In this document: positions 1 through 9,325 of the stretch, piece by piece
Position numbering within the stretch: the stretch's first letter is position 1
Layout of the letters: each line of letters starts with the position of its first letter
NCBI GenBank assembly: GCA_038823825.1
Contig: JAWBCC010000002.1
Location: 150,001-182,000, forward strand
DNA from: Candidatus Hadarchaeales archaeon
GTDB taxonomy: Archaea; Hadarchaeota; Hadarchaeia; Hadarchaeales; Hadarchaeaceae
Length of the DNA: 32,000 nt
Direction: 5' to 3'
Translations under genes and position numbers: made by a program
Notes under the pieces: model-generated
Told to the model about the DNA's origin: nothing
The model's input: only the letters and a program-made list of their open reading frames with translations
Databases searched by the model: none

Positions 1-135
1 GCTCGCGACGTAGAATCGGGTTTTCAAGTATGTTTGTAGTTTCAGTCATTTCAATCAAGAGTTGTTGTAACATTTTCAAAAAACTTGTGGAGGTATTCTT
101 TTATTGCCAGAAGTTTTCGATTTGTGGGAGAATAA

Positions 136-1305
136 ATGAAAATAATGGTTTCGATCCCGATCCTATTGCTATTCCTACAGGCAGTTGTAGCCACCCCAGA
201 AATTGCTTGGAGATTTAGCAGCGATTCATGTCTCTCTCCTCCTTGTGTTTACGAAATGCTTGTCTTCACAGGTTCAGATGAGGGCCGCTTATTCGCGCTT
301 TACGCCCATAGCGGAAAAATCAGGTGGTCAAAGCAGATGGATGGAAAAATTTTGGCGTCTGCAGCATGTGAGGGAAGAGTATTTGTGAGCACATCCGAAG
401 GAATCGTTTGTCTTAGCGCAGATCACGGCGATCTTCTGTGGAGATTTGAAATGAAAGATCCCAGGAGACGAGCCCTAGTTGTTGGGGGTAATTCGATTTT
501 TATTATTTCTCACGAAGGCTACGTTGTTTCCTTAGGTTTTGATGGAATTCTCCGATGGGAAGAAAATCTCAATGAAATAGTCGTCACCCAGCCGATTTTG
601 CTTGGTGATTCTTTGGTTATAGCCACATTTGGAGGAAATCTCGTTTTCCTAGATATTTCAAATGGAGCTTGGCGTAAAACGATTTCCATTGGTAGGTTCT
701 GTCCGGTGATTTTCGACTTCACAATCGAAGAAAACGTGGCGTATCTATGTTCCGATAATTCTCTTTTTGCAGTTTCCACAAATTCAGGTGAAGTTCTCTG
801 GATGAGGGATCTGGGTTGCGTCACAAAGCCGCTGGTTTTTAAGGAAGGCATTTGCGTAGGCACTTCAAAAGGTCTCGTTTTTCTGAATAAAGAAACCGGT
901 GAGACCATTTGGTCAACGGAAACAAAGGGGAAACCGTTTTTCGTGATATCTGAAACAGAAACGCTCTTGGTCGGGACCAGGACAGGCTTCAAAAATTATG
1001 ATGCGAACGGAAACTTAATCTGGGAGATGAATGTTGGAGCAGCGGTCTATCCACCTGTTCTTCTATATGGGAAAATTTTTGCATTAGTTTCCCAAAAAGA
1101 AATTCTTTGCATAGGCAGCTGGGGAGAGGTTGGAGAAACAGGAAAGGGGATGGGATACGTTTATCTAGCAATTGCTGTTGCATGTAGCTTCTTGTTCGTG
1201 CTCTTAGATGTTTTGCTTCCGGAAAAGAGGATTATTAGAAAAAAGAGAGTTGTGAAAAAGGCGAAATGTGGCAAAAGAAAATCTGGTGGGGTCGCCGGGA
1301 TTTGA
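136..1305 (+). CDS. PQQ-binding-like beta-propeller repeat protein with N-terminal signal sequence and C-terminal transmembrane segment
   Basis: ORF 389 aa; repeated G..(I/L)xW blade motifs (GKIRWSKQM, GDLLWRFEM, GEVLWMRDL, GETIWSTET, GNLIWEMNV); hydrophobic N-terminus and YLAIAVACSFLFVLLDVLL near the C-terminus. Confidence 0.85.
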   Translation: MKIMVSIPILLLFLQAVVATPEIAWRFSSDSCLSPPCVYEMLVFTGSDEGRLFALYAHSGKIRWSKQMDGKILASAACEGRVFVSTSEGIVCLSADHGDLLWRFEMKDPRRRALVVGGNSIFIISHEGYVVSLGFDGILRWEENLNEIVVTQPILLGDSLVIATFGGNLVFLDISNGAWRKTISIGRFCPVIFDFTIEENVAYLCSDNSLFAVSTNSGEVLWMRDLGCVTKPLVFKEGICVGTSKGLVFLNKETGETIWSTETKGKPFFVISETETLLVGTRTGFKNYDANGNLIWEMNVGAAVYPPVLLYGKIFALVSQKEILCIGSWGEVGETGKGMGYVYLAIAVACSFLFVLLDVLLPEKRIIRKKRVVKKAKCGKRKSGGVAGI

Positions 1306-1361
1306 ACCCAGGTCACCGGCTCCCAAAGCCGGCAGGATAGACCAGGCTACCCCACGACCCC
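1284..1361 (-). tRNA. tRNA-Pro(TGG), with encoded CCA (CCA at 1284-1286)
   Basis: Minus strand GGGGTCG...CCGGC-TTTGGGA-GCCGG...GGTTCAAATCC...CGACCCC-A-CCA; cloverleaf stems pair, anticodon TGG. Confidence 0.95.
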
Positions 1362-1405
1362 TCAAATGAAAAATGAACGGTTGTAAGTAAAAAACAGTTC
1401 TCATC

Positions 1406-1678
1406 TCACAAAGCGGTTAAATCTTCAGTAGCCTTTATGGTTTCCAATATTTTTTTGCCATATTCAGTTAGTGAGTATTCTCCTTCTCTTTCTTCTACAA
1501 TTTTCTTTTCCTCGAGCATTTTCACATACAGTTTAACAGGCCACCAATCTCCGTTTTTCGAATAGCTCATCTTTATCTGTCGCAGGCTACAGGGCCCGCT
1601 CTTTGCTATGATTGCAAAAATAGTAAGCAAGCTGCCTTCATCCGATTTAAGCCACTGAATGTCTTCGGTTATGCCCAT
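1406..1678 (-). CDS. Winged-helix/HTH domain protein (PadR/MarR-like fold), uncharacterised
   Basis: ORF runs 1406-1705; start MGITEDIQW at 1678 preferred because a TATAAAAA-like box lies just upstream; MLEEKKIVEEREGEYSLTEYGKKIL is wing-like. Confidence 0.65.
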   Translation of the reverse strand: MGITEDIQWLKSDEGSLLTIFAIIAKSGPCSLRQIKMSYSKNGDWWPVKLYVKMLEEKKIVEEREGEYSLTEYGKKILETIKATEDLTAL

Positions 1679-1732
1679 CGCTACTCGGAGAAGGTTTTTA
1701 TACAACCCTTTTATAGATTGTCGAAAATTAAA

Positions 1733-2014
1733 ATGGGGGATGAGCGCTTGAAGGTGTGGATGATAGCGGGGACATTGCTTGCCCTGCTTATTATCCTTCC
1801 AGCATTGGCAATATTCTTTGCTAGTGGCTGGGTGAAGCTCGCTGGGCAGATCGTCCTCTCGATAATCTTCGGTTTGATTGCAGCAGTCTTCCTTCTCTTT
1901 TCATACATCTGTATCAGGGCGCAGGCAAAAAAATGGGGCATGAGTCTACTTTTGGCTGCTATTGTTTTAGCATTTCTAATTTATGCCATCTGGATGGGTG
2001 TTCCTTTTGTCTAA
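1733..2014 (+). CDS. Small multi-pass membrane protein, uncharacterised
   Basis: Three hydrophobic segments in MGDERLKVWMIAGTLLALLIILPALAIFFASGWVKLAGQIVLSIIFGLIAAVFLLFSYI...; ATG in frame inside the 1718-2014 ORF. Confidence 0.55.
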   Translation: MGDERLKVWMIAGTLLALLIILPALAIFFASGWVKLAGQIVLSIIFGLIAAVFLLFSYICIRAQAKKWGMSLLLAAIVLAFLIYAIWMGVPFV

Positions 2015-2268
2015 ATTTTTTCACCAACTCCCCAATGTTGTGTGTTTAAAAGTTTAGCCCTTTCTCTGAGTTTCATCATTATGTAGTCTCTAGCTTCAGA
2101 TTCCTTGATTCTTCCAGAGAGACTACTCATAATATGGTCCATCCTGGGCTTAGCGAGAATTTCAAAGGCTATTTCAACATCTTTCTCTGAAAGAGGTCCT
2201 TCCTTTACCTTGTCTTCCAAAAGTTCGGCGGCTTTTTCAACGATCCAATTCAGCTGCGGAAACGACAT
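2011..2268 (-). CDS. Small conserved-looking hypothetical protein (85 aa)
   Basis: ORF; internal start MSFPQLNWIVEKAAELLED gives a charged alpha-helical protein and avoids overlap with the nitroreductase start. Confidence 0.45.
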   Translation of the reverse strand: MSFPQLNWIVEKAAELLEDKVKEGPLSEKDVEIAFEILAKPRMDHIMSSLSGRIKESEARDYIMMKLRERAKLLNTQHWGVGEKI

Positions 2269-2307
2269 CCGAAAAGCTATTACATCAATATGATTAAATT
2301 GATTTCG

Positions 2308-2829
2308 ATGGATGTATTTGAAGCTATTCACAAAAGGAGGAGCATCCGGGCCTTCAAGCAAGATCCGGTATGTGAAGAGGATTTGAAAAAAATTCTAGAA
2401 GCAGCGATTGCAGCTCCAAGTGCAGGAAATAGACAACCATGGGAATTTATAGTGGTTAGAGATGCGGAGAGAAAGAGAGAGCTTGTAGAGGCAGCTCTTG
2501 GACAATCTTTCATAGAAGAAGCACCAGTTGTGATTATCGTCTGTGCAAACCTTGCAAGAAGTTCTCGGGTGTACGGTAAGCGTGGCGAGGAGCTTTATGC
2601 GATTCAAGATACAGCAGCGGCAATCCAAAACATGCTTTTAGCAGCGTTTGCCTTAGGCTATGGCACCTGCTGGATAGGCGCGTTTGATGAGCGTGAAGTT
2701 TCCAGAATTCTAAAGATTCCATCTGGTGTTAGGCCGGTAGCAATAATTCCGATTGGAAAGCCCGCAGAGAAACCATCAAAAACCCCTCGTTTGCCATTAG
2801 ACGAGGTTGTCCATAGGGAAACTTATTGA
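2308..2829 (+). CDS. Nitroreductase family protein (FMN-dependent)
   Basis: MDVFEAIHKRRSIRAFKQDPV, AAPSAGNRQPWEFIVV, DTAAAIQNMLLAAFALGYGTCWIGAF, IPIGKP motifs. Confidence 0.93.
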   Translation: MDVFEAIHKRRSIRAFKQDPVCEEDLKKILEAAIAAPSAGNRQPWEFIVVRDAERKRELVEAALGQSFIEEAPVVIIVCANLARSSRVYGKRGEELYAIQDTAAAIQNMLLAAFALGYGTCWIGAFDEREVSRILKIPSGVRPVAIIPIGKPAEKPSKTPRLPLDEVVHRETY

Positions 2830-3753
2830 GCTTGCTCCCCCTTTAGATATTCGCGTAATAAGGGTCTCTCCTCCAACTTCACGGAATAGATTTTCAATTG
2901 TTTTCGCATTTTTTTGGTTGCAAAATGCGAAAACAGTTTTTCCGAGCATAGCTTGGCTTGCGCCCAACGCTCCTTCTCTGACCGCCATATCGCACATCTC
3001 TCTCAGTTCTTTGCTCATTAGACCGAGCTTTTCTGCGAAATCTCTGGAAATCTGGAGAAAATTGGAGATCGTTGGGGATGCTAGGATTCTTCGCATAGCA
3101 TCCCCACCGAGTTCTTTTGCACGTTTTATGAATTCTTCTTCTCTTAGAATGGAGGAAGTTTTTATTTCTCCGAGAGTACAACAAACTATCAAAAAATTTC
3201 CATTCAGCTTCATTTTTCTTGTTTTACCGTATGGTGGGGCTCCGGGTTTAACTCCAATGACCAAACCTCCTGTGGACTGAGCGTTCACATCCCCAAGACC
3301 GGTTCTACAGATGACTTCCGCTACATGCGCATTTGCAATGATTTCTGATCTTCTCATCTTTAGTCCGAGGGCGCGAACTAAACCAATTGAAACACCAAGC
3401 GCTCCAGCGCCACTTACTCCAAATCCCGCCCCAACGGGAACTTCGGTTAGATGTTCAATGGTTGCGCTCCAGCCCTCCGGCAGAAGCTTTTCAGCCACCC
3501 ACCTGCTTGTTTTAGCCTCACAACGCTTACCGTTTATTTCGATTTCAATGTTTCTCTTCTCGGATTTTCTCAGGGTCACTTGGGTTTTCACACCTGCTTC
3601 GGTGCACGGTCCGCAATTTCTAGATCCACAACGCAAAGGATTCTCGTGTAGAAAAGGCTGGAAAAAGCCGGAAATGTGGCCGGGAACAAAAACTTTGGCT
3701 TTCAAGATTTCCTTTTCCGCAGCTCCTCCAGCGCAATGTTTAAGACCGTCCAC
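2797..3753 (-). CDS. Pantoate kinase (archaeal GHMP-family PoK); exact start uncertain
   Basis: VFVPGHISGFFQP, PVGAGFGVSGAGALGVSIGL GHMP loop, LGDVNAQSTGGLVIGVKPGAPPYG; adjacent to coaBC and the PPAT gene. Confidence 0.88.
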   Translation of the reverse strand: MDGLKHCAGGAAEKEILKAKVFVPGHISGFFQPFLHENPLRCGSRNCGPCTEAGVKTQVTLRKSEKRNIEIEINGKRCEAKTSRWVAEKLLPEGWSATIEHLTEVPVGAGFGVSGAGALGVSIGLVRALGLKMRRSEIIANAHVAEVICRTGLGDVNAQSTGGLVIGVKPGAPPYGKTRKMKLNGNFLIVCCTLGEIKTSSILREEEFIKRAKELGGDAMRRILASPTISNFLQISRDFAEKLGLMSKELREMCDMAVREGALGASQAMLGKTVFAFCNQKNAKTIENLFREVGGETLITRISKGGASSISFPMDNLV

Positions 3754-4934
3754 GCTATTTCCTCTTTGCTTGCACTCATTTTACTTTTCATGTTTTTTGA
3801 GATGATGATAACCTCATTTCGATCCGCTCTGAAGCCTGCTCCCGGTCTTGCAACATCGTTAGCTACAACTAAATCTAGGCCTCCCTCCTCTAGTTTTCTT
3901 TTTCCTGAATTCTCTAACTCTTCATCGCTGACGAAATACTCGGCTTTAAAGCCCACGACGAACGCTTCCGGAACTTTTCTTTTAACATCGTCGAGAATTC
4001 TCGGCGCAGGTTTCAGTTTCAGTAAAACAGGTTGATCGTGTCTGAGTTTTCTTTCGAAAGGACTTTCAACCTCGAAATCAAGGGGAGCCGCAGCGGCAAC
4101 AACTATGTCCGGATGTTCTTCGAGCGCGCGATCAAAAGCATCCTTCATCTCTTTCGTAGTCCTAACCTGCACAACGTTTATGTCTTCAGGAATTGGTTCG
4201 GTTCCAGGTCCATATATTAAAGTGACCTCGGCCCCGCGAGCCGCCGCAATCTTGGCAAAGGCAATTCCCATCTTTCCGGAGCTCGGATTTGTAATAAATT
4301 TTATGGGATCTATCGGTTCCACAGTTGGACCTGCTGTGACAAGAACCTTTAAACCATCCATATCTTTTTTCGTCAGAACACAAAGAACATGCCAGAATAT
4401 TCTTTCTATCGGTGGAAATTTCGCCTTTTCTTCTTCAACAATCGGTTCTACAACTACCATTCCCATTTTTTTGATTTTCGCGAGGTTTTCCTTAACCGCA
4501 GGATGTTCGTACATAGAAGCATGCATGGCGGGAACCAATATTACCGGTTTCTTCAATCCTAGCGCAACGGAGACAAGAGATGTCACAGTTGTGTCATCTA
4601 TACCTTGAGAAATTTTTCCTATGGTGTTTGCCGTTGCAGGGGCTACCAGTATAACATCCGCCCACAGAGCCGTCTCTACATGCTCTATTTTTCCCGTGAG
4701 TTCTATTATGACCTCGTTGCCAGTTGCCCACTCCATCAGGTTGGGAGATATGATTTCTGTAGCACTTTTTGTCATCACCGCCCGGACCTCAGCACCGTGT
4801 CTCATCAAAAGTCTTGCGAGCTCTGGTGCCTTGAAGGCCGCCACGCTACCGCAAATTCCGAGAGCGATTTTCTTTCCCAAAAGCTCTTTTCCTTTGCTAC
4901 CTATGATATCCCTTGAAGGATGCATGCGATTCAC
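3702..4934 (-). CDS. coaBC: Bifunctional phosphopantothenoylcysteine decarboxylase / phosphopantothenate-cysteine ligase
   Basis: LGICGSVAAFKAPELARLL flavoprotein start; ITAGPTVEPIDPIKFITNPSSGKMGIAFA; VVVAAAAPLDF; NDVARPGAGF. Confidence 0.94.
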   Translation of the reverse strand: MNRMHPSRDIIGSKGKELLGKKIALGICGSVAAFKAPELARLLMRHGAEVRAVMTKSATEIISPNLMEWATGNEVIIELTGKIEHVETALWADVILVAPATANTIGKISQGIDDTTVTSLVSVALGLKKPVILVPAMHASMYEHPAVKENLAKIKKMGMVVVEPIVEEEKAKFPPIERIFWHVLCVLTKKDMDGLKVLVTAGPTVEPIDPIKFITNPSSGKMGIAFAKIAAARGAEVTLIYGPGTEPIPEDINVVQVRTTKEMKDAFDRALEEHPDIVVAAAAPLDFEVESPFERKLRHDQPVLLKLKPAPRILDDVKRKVPEAFVVGFKAEYFVSDEELENSGKRKLEEGGLDLVVANDVARPGAGFRADRNEVIIISKNMKSKMSASKEEIAWTVLNIALEELRKRKS

Positions 4935-4937
4935 TTT

Positions 4938-5438
4938 TTATCCAACTCTCGTTTGTTTTATTAACTTTCCGTGTTCGTCGATTTCACCATATCTTATTCT
5001 TATCGAAGAAATAGGCTTACCATCCTCAGCAAGTACGAATGGGATCTCCACTATTTGGAGAGGAGGAAGATTATTCTTTTGTCTTTTTTCGTTTATTTCC
5101 TTCGCTCGACATTTGGTTTCAGGACTGACAACAATCGCTTCAGCTTCTGGATCGTCTACTGCCGGTCCAAACGGATCCTCAAGTATGGTTATCTCTGTTC
5201 TTCCCAGCCAGTCGTTCTCACGCAGGAAATGAAGGACAGCCAGCAATCTGACTGCCAGTGGTGCAACTCCCGCAGAGTCTTTTTGCAGAAGTTCTGCCAT
5301 TTTGTCTGAAGATATTCCTAAGCAAACGCGCTCCCCGATTTCGTACGCCTTTCTCAAAAGAGTTTTATGTCCGTCATGGAAGTAATCGAAAGTTCCGCCA
5401 ACCACAACCTTTTTGTACTTGATGTTGTTGTTCTTCAT
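4938..5438 (-). CDS. coaD: Archaeal/eukaryotic-type pantetheine-phosphate adenylyltransferase
   Basis: VVVGGTFDYFHDGHKTLLRKAYEIG nucleotidyltransferase motif; SSIRIRYGEID C-terminus. Confidence 0.9.
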   Translation of the reverse strand: MKNNNIKYKKVVVGGTFDYFHDGHKTLLRKAYEIGERVCLGISSDKMAELLQKDSAGVAPLAVRLLAVLHFLRENDWLGRTEITILEDPFGPAVDDPEAEAIVVSPETKCRAKEINEKRQKNNLPPLQIVEIPFVLAEDGKPISSIRIRYGEIDEHGKLIKQTRVG

Positions 5439-6763
5439 ATTTTCAAGACTTCTTTCCAGTCAAGTTTTATTGGCTTATGCTTGAAAGGCCTAGCTCCAGC
5501 ACCGATGTAATCCTTAACTACATGACCGTTTCCTATGACCACGTACTTTGTTGTTGTGAGTCCCTCAAGTCCAACTGGGCCACGAGCGTGAATTTTACTC
5601 GTGCTTATCCCAACCTCGGCACCGAGTCCGTAGCGATAGCCGTCGCTGAATCTGGTAGACGCGTTTACCATTACGCTCGAAGAATCGACTTCTGAGACGA
5701 ATTTTAGAGCGTTCTTCATGTTTTCCGTAACTATTGCATCCGTGTGTTTAGATCCATAGATGTTTATGTGATTTATTGCCTCCTCGATCGAATCCACGAT
5801 TTTTATGGAAATTATGAGATCTAGGTATTCAGTTCTCCAGTCCTCCTCTGTGGCCAGTTTAACATCTGGCAATATCTCTTTGACACGTGGACATCCTCTG
5901 ATCTCTACACCAGCTTGTTTATAGAGCTCTGCAAGTTTTGGCAGAAATTCTTTAGCGATCTTCGAATGAACGAGCAAAGTTTCAGCAGCGTTGCAAACAG
6001 CGGGATATTGGACTTTTGCGTCAAAACAGATTTTCAGCGCTTTTTCCAGATCCGCATATTCGTCTACGTACACGTGACATATGCCTTCCGCATGTCCAAG
6101 GACAGGGATTTTCGTATTTTCTTGAATGTATTTCACAAAATCCTTGCCTCCGCGGGGGATGATGAGATCAATATATTCGTCGAGCTTTAGCAATTCTCTT
6201 ACTTCCCATCTCTCTTCCACAAGTTGAATCCACCCGGACGGAGCTCCGAGCTCCTCGCTTTTCTCTTTGAAAATGCTGAAGAAAACCCTGTTTGAATATT
6301 TTGCTTCTCTTCCCCCCTTTAAGATCACAGCATCCCCTGACTTTAGACAGAGTGAGGAAATCTGCGGAAGTACGTCGGGTCTCGCCTCAAATATACAGCA
6401 GATTACACCAATCGGACATGTTAGCTTATAGACATAGAGGTTGTCATCCATCTCCATGGCGTAAACAGTTTTCCCCAATGGATCCGGCAATTCTGCAACA
6501 CTTCGAATCATTTTTGTTATGTCAGCAATTTTCTCTTCGTTTAGTTTTAATCTTTGGAGCACGGGTTTTGTTATTTCCCCTCTTTCTAACATTGTCTCCG
6601 CTTCTCTGATATCCTTAGCATTCTCTTCCAGCACCCGTGCTTTTTGTGTTTCAATCTCTTTAGCTATCGCAAGCAATATTCGGTTTCTATCGTCTTTAGA
6701 GAGATTGGGAAGTCTCAATGAAGCTTCGCGCGCTTTTTTAGCTTTTTCGATTACTTCCATCAC
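5435..6763 (-). CDS. proA: Glutamate-5-semialdehyde dehydrogenase (gamma-glutamyl phosphate reductase)
   Basis: 442 aa; PIGVICCIFEARPDVLPQISSLCLKSGDAVILKGG; LVHSKIAKEFLP; SVMVNASTRFSDGYRYGLGAEVGISTSKIHARGPVGLEGLTT. Confidence 0.96.
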   Translation of the reverse strand: MMEVIEKAKKAREASLRLPNLSKDDRNRILLAIAKEIETQKARVLEENAKDIREAETMLERGEITKPVLQRLKLNEEKIADITKMIRSVAELPDPLGKTVYAMEMDDNLYVYKLTCPIGVICCIFEARPDVLPQISSLCLKSGDAVILKGGREAKYSNRVFFSIFKEKSEELGAPSGWIQLVEERWEVRELLKLDEYIDLIIPRGGKDFVKYIQENTKIPVLGHAEGICHVYVDEYADLEKALKICFDAKVQYPAVCNAAETLLVHSKIAKEFLPKLAELYKQAGVEIRGCPRVKEILPDVKLATEEDWRTEYLDLIISIKIVDSIEEAINHINIYGSKHTDAIVTENMKNALKFVSEVDSSSVMVNASTRFSDGYRYGLGAEVGISTSKIHARGPVGLEGLTTTKYVVIGNGHVVKDYIGAGARPFKHKPIKLDWKEVLKI

Positions 6764-7560
6764 TCCCGCCTCGGCAGGAAAAGGGTTCCTATCTCTTCTC
6801 CTTTCAGAATTCTTTCCAAAACATTTTTTTCTCTGCTGTTTGCGATAACCGCAGCTATCCCAGCCTCCGTGACTATTCTGGCCGCTTGAACTTTTGTGAA
6901 CATTCCGCCGAAGCCTTTCGAAGATTTTAAAACGGCTCTTTCAATTCTGGGTGTTACTCTCTCCACGAGCCCAATGATCTTACTTTCGGGTTTCTTGGGA
7001 TCTCCAAGATAAACGCCGTCTACATCGGAGAGCAGAACGAGCAAATCAGCCTTTACCCCCTTAGCAACATAGGCGGATAAAATATCGTTGTCTCCAACTT
7101 TTATTTCTTCGGTCGCCACCGTGTCGTTTTCGTTTATTATTGGTATCACTCCCCACTTCAGCAAAGTCGCTGCCGTGTTCCTAAAATTCTTATATCTTTC
7201 CGCATCTACGAAGTCTTCTGCTGACAGAAGGATTTGGGCTACAACTTGTTCGTGCTCTCCAAAATATTTTTCATAAGTTTGCATGAGTATTCCTTGGCCG
7301 ATCGCTGCAACGGCCTGAAGAGCCGAAAGCTTCCTCGGCCTGTTTGTTATTTTCATTCTCCCCATCCCGGCTCCTATCGCTCCAGACGACACAATTAAAA
7401 CTTCCTTGCCCATTTTTTTCACAGCCATGACGTCTTTTACAAACTTCCCGATCTTTTCTTCATCGAGTTTGTGGTTTTCTCCAGTCAGCGACTTTGTGCC
7501 TATTTTTACCACCATTCGTTTGACTTTCTTAAGGTCAGCTCTCGAATGTATTGTCCTCAT
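6760..7560 (-). CDS. proB: Glutamate 5-kinase
   Basis: VKIGTKSLT, VSSGAIGAGMGRM, NENDTVATEEIKVGDNDILSAYVA, LLSDVDGVYLGDPKKPES, GGMFTKVQAARIV (amino-acid kinase family, no PUA domain). Confidence 0.96.
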   Translation of the reverse strand: MRTIHSRADLKKVKRMVVKIGTKSLTGENHKLDEEKIGKFVKDVMAVKKMGKEVLIVSSGAIGAGMGRMKITNRPRKLSALQAVAAIGQGILMQTYEKYFGEHEQVVAQILLSAEDFVDAERYKNFRNTAATLLKWGVIPIINENDTVATEEIKVGDNDILSAYVAKGVKADLLVLLSDVDGVYLGDPKKPESKIIGLVERVTPRIERAVLKSSKGFGGMFTKVQAARIVTEAGIAAVIANSREKNVLERILKGEEIGTLFLPRRE

Positions 7561-8756
7561 ATCTCCTTCACCCGTTCAAGTTGTTTTAACACGTATCTCC
7601 TTATTTCTTTCGGTTTTGGAAGTTTTCCCACGATTTTTCCATCTTTAACTAGAGGCTGCAGCGCCTTTTCCATCTTTCCTCCGCATTTTGGGCACTTTCC
7701 AGGGGTCTCTCCCTCTCTAGTGAGGAGAAATGCGAGACAATGACGACATCTCCATACGTCTTTCCTACCTCCGAGTTTTCCGCGTTTTGCTGCAGGCTTT
7801 CCATTCAGTTCTACTATATCCATGGCAAAGTCGACGGTCGGAGCGTTCGTGATCGAAGTTCCAACCCCGAAGCCGTCCGCCCCAGCTTCGCAGAGCTCCT
7901 TTATGTTTTTTTCACTAATTCCTCCCGAAACAAAAATTTTCACCCATTTATATCCTCTGACGTCGAGTTCCCACCGAATTTCTTTCACTATCTCACTCAT
8001 ATTTCCCCTTCTCGAGCCGGGAGTATCTAGCCTTACGCCCGTAAGTTTTTTTCCGAGAGTCTCGGCAGCCATGATCGCCTCGGCCTTCTCATCATAATAA
8101 GTATCGACTAGGGCTATCCGAGGAATTTCAGCCGGCATGACATCGTCGAAGGCCTTCCAGGCACTTCTCTGATCTCCGAAGCATATTATCAACGAATGTG
8201 GCATAGTTCCCATTGGCTTTTCCCCAATCGTCTCGGCCCCGATTAAGCTGGAAACTCCATCAAATCCGCCGATGTAGGCTGCTCTGTCTAGCATTGGAGC
8301 GATTGCAGGATGTGCCCTGCGTATCCCGAATGCTATAAGAGTTTTCCCCCATGCGAGTTTCCTTATTCTTGCAGCTACCGTAGCAGCTCCGGTCGCTTGA
8401 CAGAGCATTCCTAGCATGGGAGTTTCGAATTCACAGTATTCCGCGTATTTTCCGTCAATAGTCAATACCGGAACTCTAAATCCTCGCAAATCATAGGGAT
8501 GAAAGATAGTTCCTTCAGGCATCGAGCTAACAGTCACTGGAACATCTTCGAAAAGCTGTGCTACCTCTTCTACGCCGGCCAGAACCGCCCAAGGCCAGTT
8601 GTTTGGCAAAGAGCTAGCCGTCACCTCCGCCAGGGCAGAAATTGATTTCATGCCTTTCTTTTCGAGGATCTGTCTGGTTCTGACGAAGTAGATGTCTGTG
8701 GTTTTTCCACTTTTGATTTCCTCAACCGTGGCAATATGGAACTTTCTCATTTTCAC
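7557..8756 (-). CDS. pncB: Nicotinate phosphoribosyltransferase, archaeal type with C-terminal zinc ribbon
   Basis: 399 aa; MPEGTIFHPYDLRGFRVPVL, IRRAHPAIAPMLDRAAYIGGFDGVSS, FGVGTSITNAP; C-terminal CRHC...CPKC. Confidence 0.88.
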   Translation of the reverse strand: MKMRKFHIATVEEIKSGKTTDIYFVRTRQILEKKGMKSISALAEVTASSLPNNWPWAVLAGVEEVAQLFEDVPVTVSSMPEGTIFHPYDLRGFRVPVLTIDGKYAEYCEFETPMLGMLCQATGAATVAARIRKLAWGKTLIAFGIRRAHPAIAPMLDRAAYIGGFDGVSSLIGAETIGEKPMGTMPHSLIICFGDQRSAWKAFDDVMPAEIPRIALVDTYYDEKAEAIMAAETLGKKLTGVRLDTPGSRRGNMSEIVKEIRWELDVRGYKWVKIFVSGGISEKNIKELCEAGADGFGVGTSITNAPTVDFAMDIVELNGKPAAKRGKLGGRKDVWRCRHCLAFLLTREGETPGKCPKCGGKMEKALQPLVKDGKIVGKLPKPKEIRRYVLKQLERVKEI

Positions 8757-9288
8757 CCCAACCAGAAATAATCTCTTCCGAGATGGTTATTTTAGCCCCA
8801 TATAGACTCCTCATCGTTTCGAGAGCCTGTTCGTGTTTTTCCTTTTTGACGGCGTTTGTGCAATCCGAAGGTATAACAATAAGATAGCCGCGGAAGAAAG
8901 CATCCGCGGCCGTATGTTGAACGCAGATATCTGTTACGACTCCGGTGAGAATAACTTCTTTCACGCCCAGTTTTTTCAAAAGGTCATCTAGTTCTGTTTG
9001 GAAAAAGGCACTGTAAGTTCTCTTCTTTATGATGAAATCTTCGGGTTTTGGAGCTAGTTCTGGAATTATTTCAGAACCTTTTGTCTCTAGCATTGCGTGC
9101 TCACCCCAAATAGAGATCTCAGGATCCCAACGGTTGTGAGCATCACAGACGTATATCACAGGTATTCCCCGTCTGCGTGCGGCTTCAGACAATCGTTTAA
9201 TGTTAGGGATTATTTTCTGAGCATGCTCGCCTCCGAATTTTCCAGTCACAAAATCAACTATCATATCGATTATGATGACTGCCTGCAT
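8722..9288 (-). CDS. Isochorismatase-fold cysteine hydrolase, nicotinamidase-like
   Basis: AVIIIDMIVDFVTG, KKRTYSAFFQTELDDLL, VILTGVVTDICVQHTAADAFFRGY, IPSDC; overlaps pncB. Confidence 0.88.
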   Translation of the reverse strand: MQAVIIIDMIVDFVTGKFGGEHAQKIIPNIKRLSEAARRRGIPVIYVCDAHNRWDPEISIWGEHAMLETKGSEIIPELAPKPEDFIIKKRTYSAFFQTELDDLLKKLGVKEVILTGVVTDICVQHTAADAFFRGYLIVIPSDCTNAVKKEKHEQALETMRSLYGAKITISEEIISGWGENEKVPYCHG

Positions 9289-9325
9289 TGCATCAAAACT
9301 AATTTTTATTCTTAATTAAGGTTTG

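Noticed and set aside
3795-3840. Possible C/D box guide RNA (ATGATGA ... CTGA) within coaBC
   Set aside because: Only loose box matches, inside a strongly supported coding region, with no convincing C'/D' pair or terminal stem.
7557-7700. C-terminal zinc ribbon on nicotinate phosphoribosyltransferase as a novel fusion
   Set aside because: Archaeal NAPRTase-type proteins are already known to carry a C-terminal zinc-binding extension.
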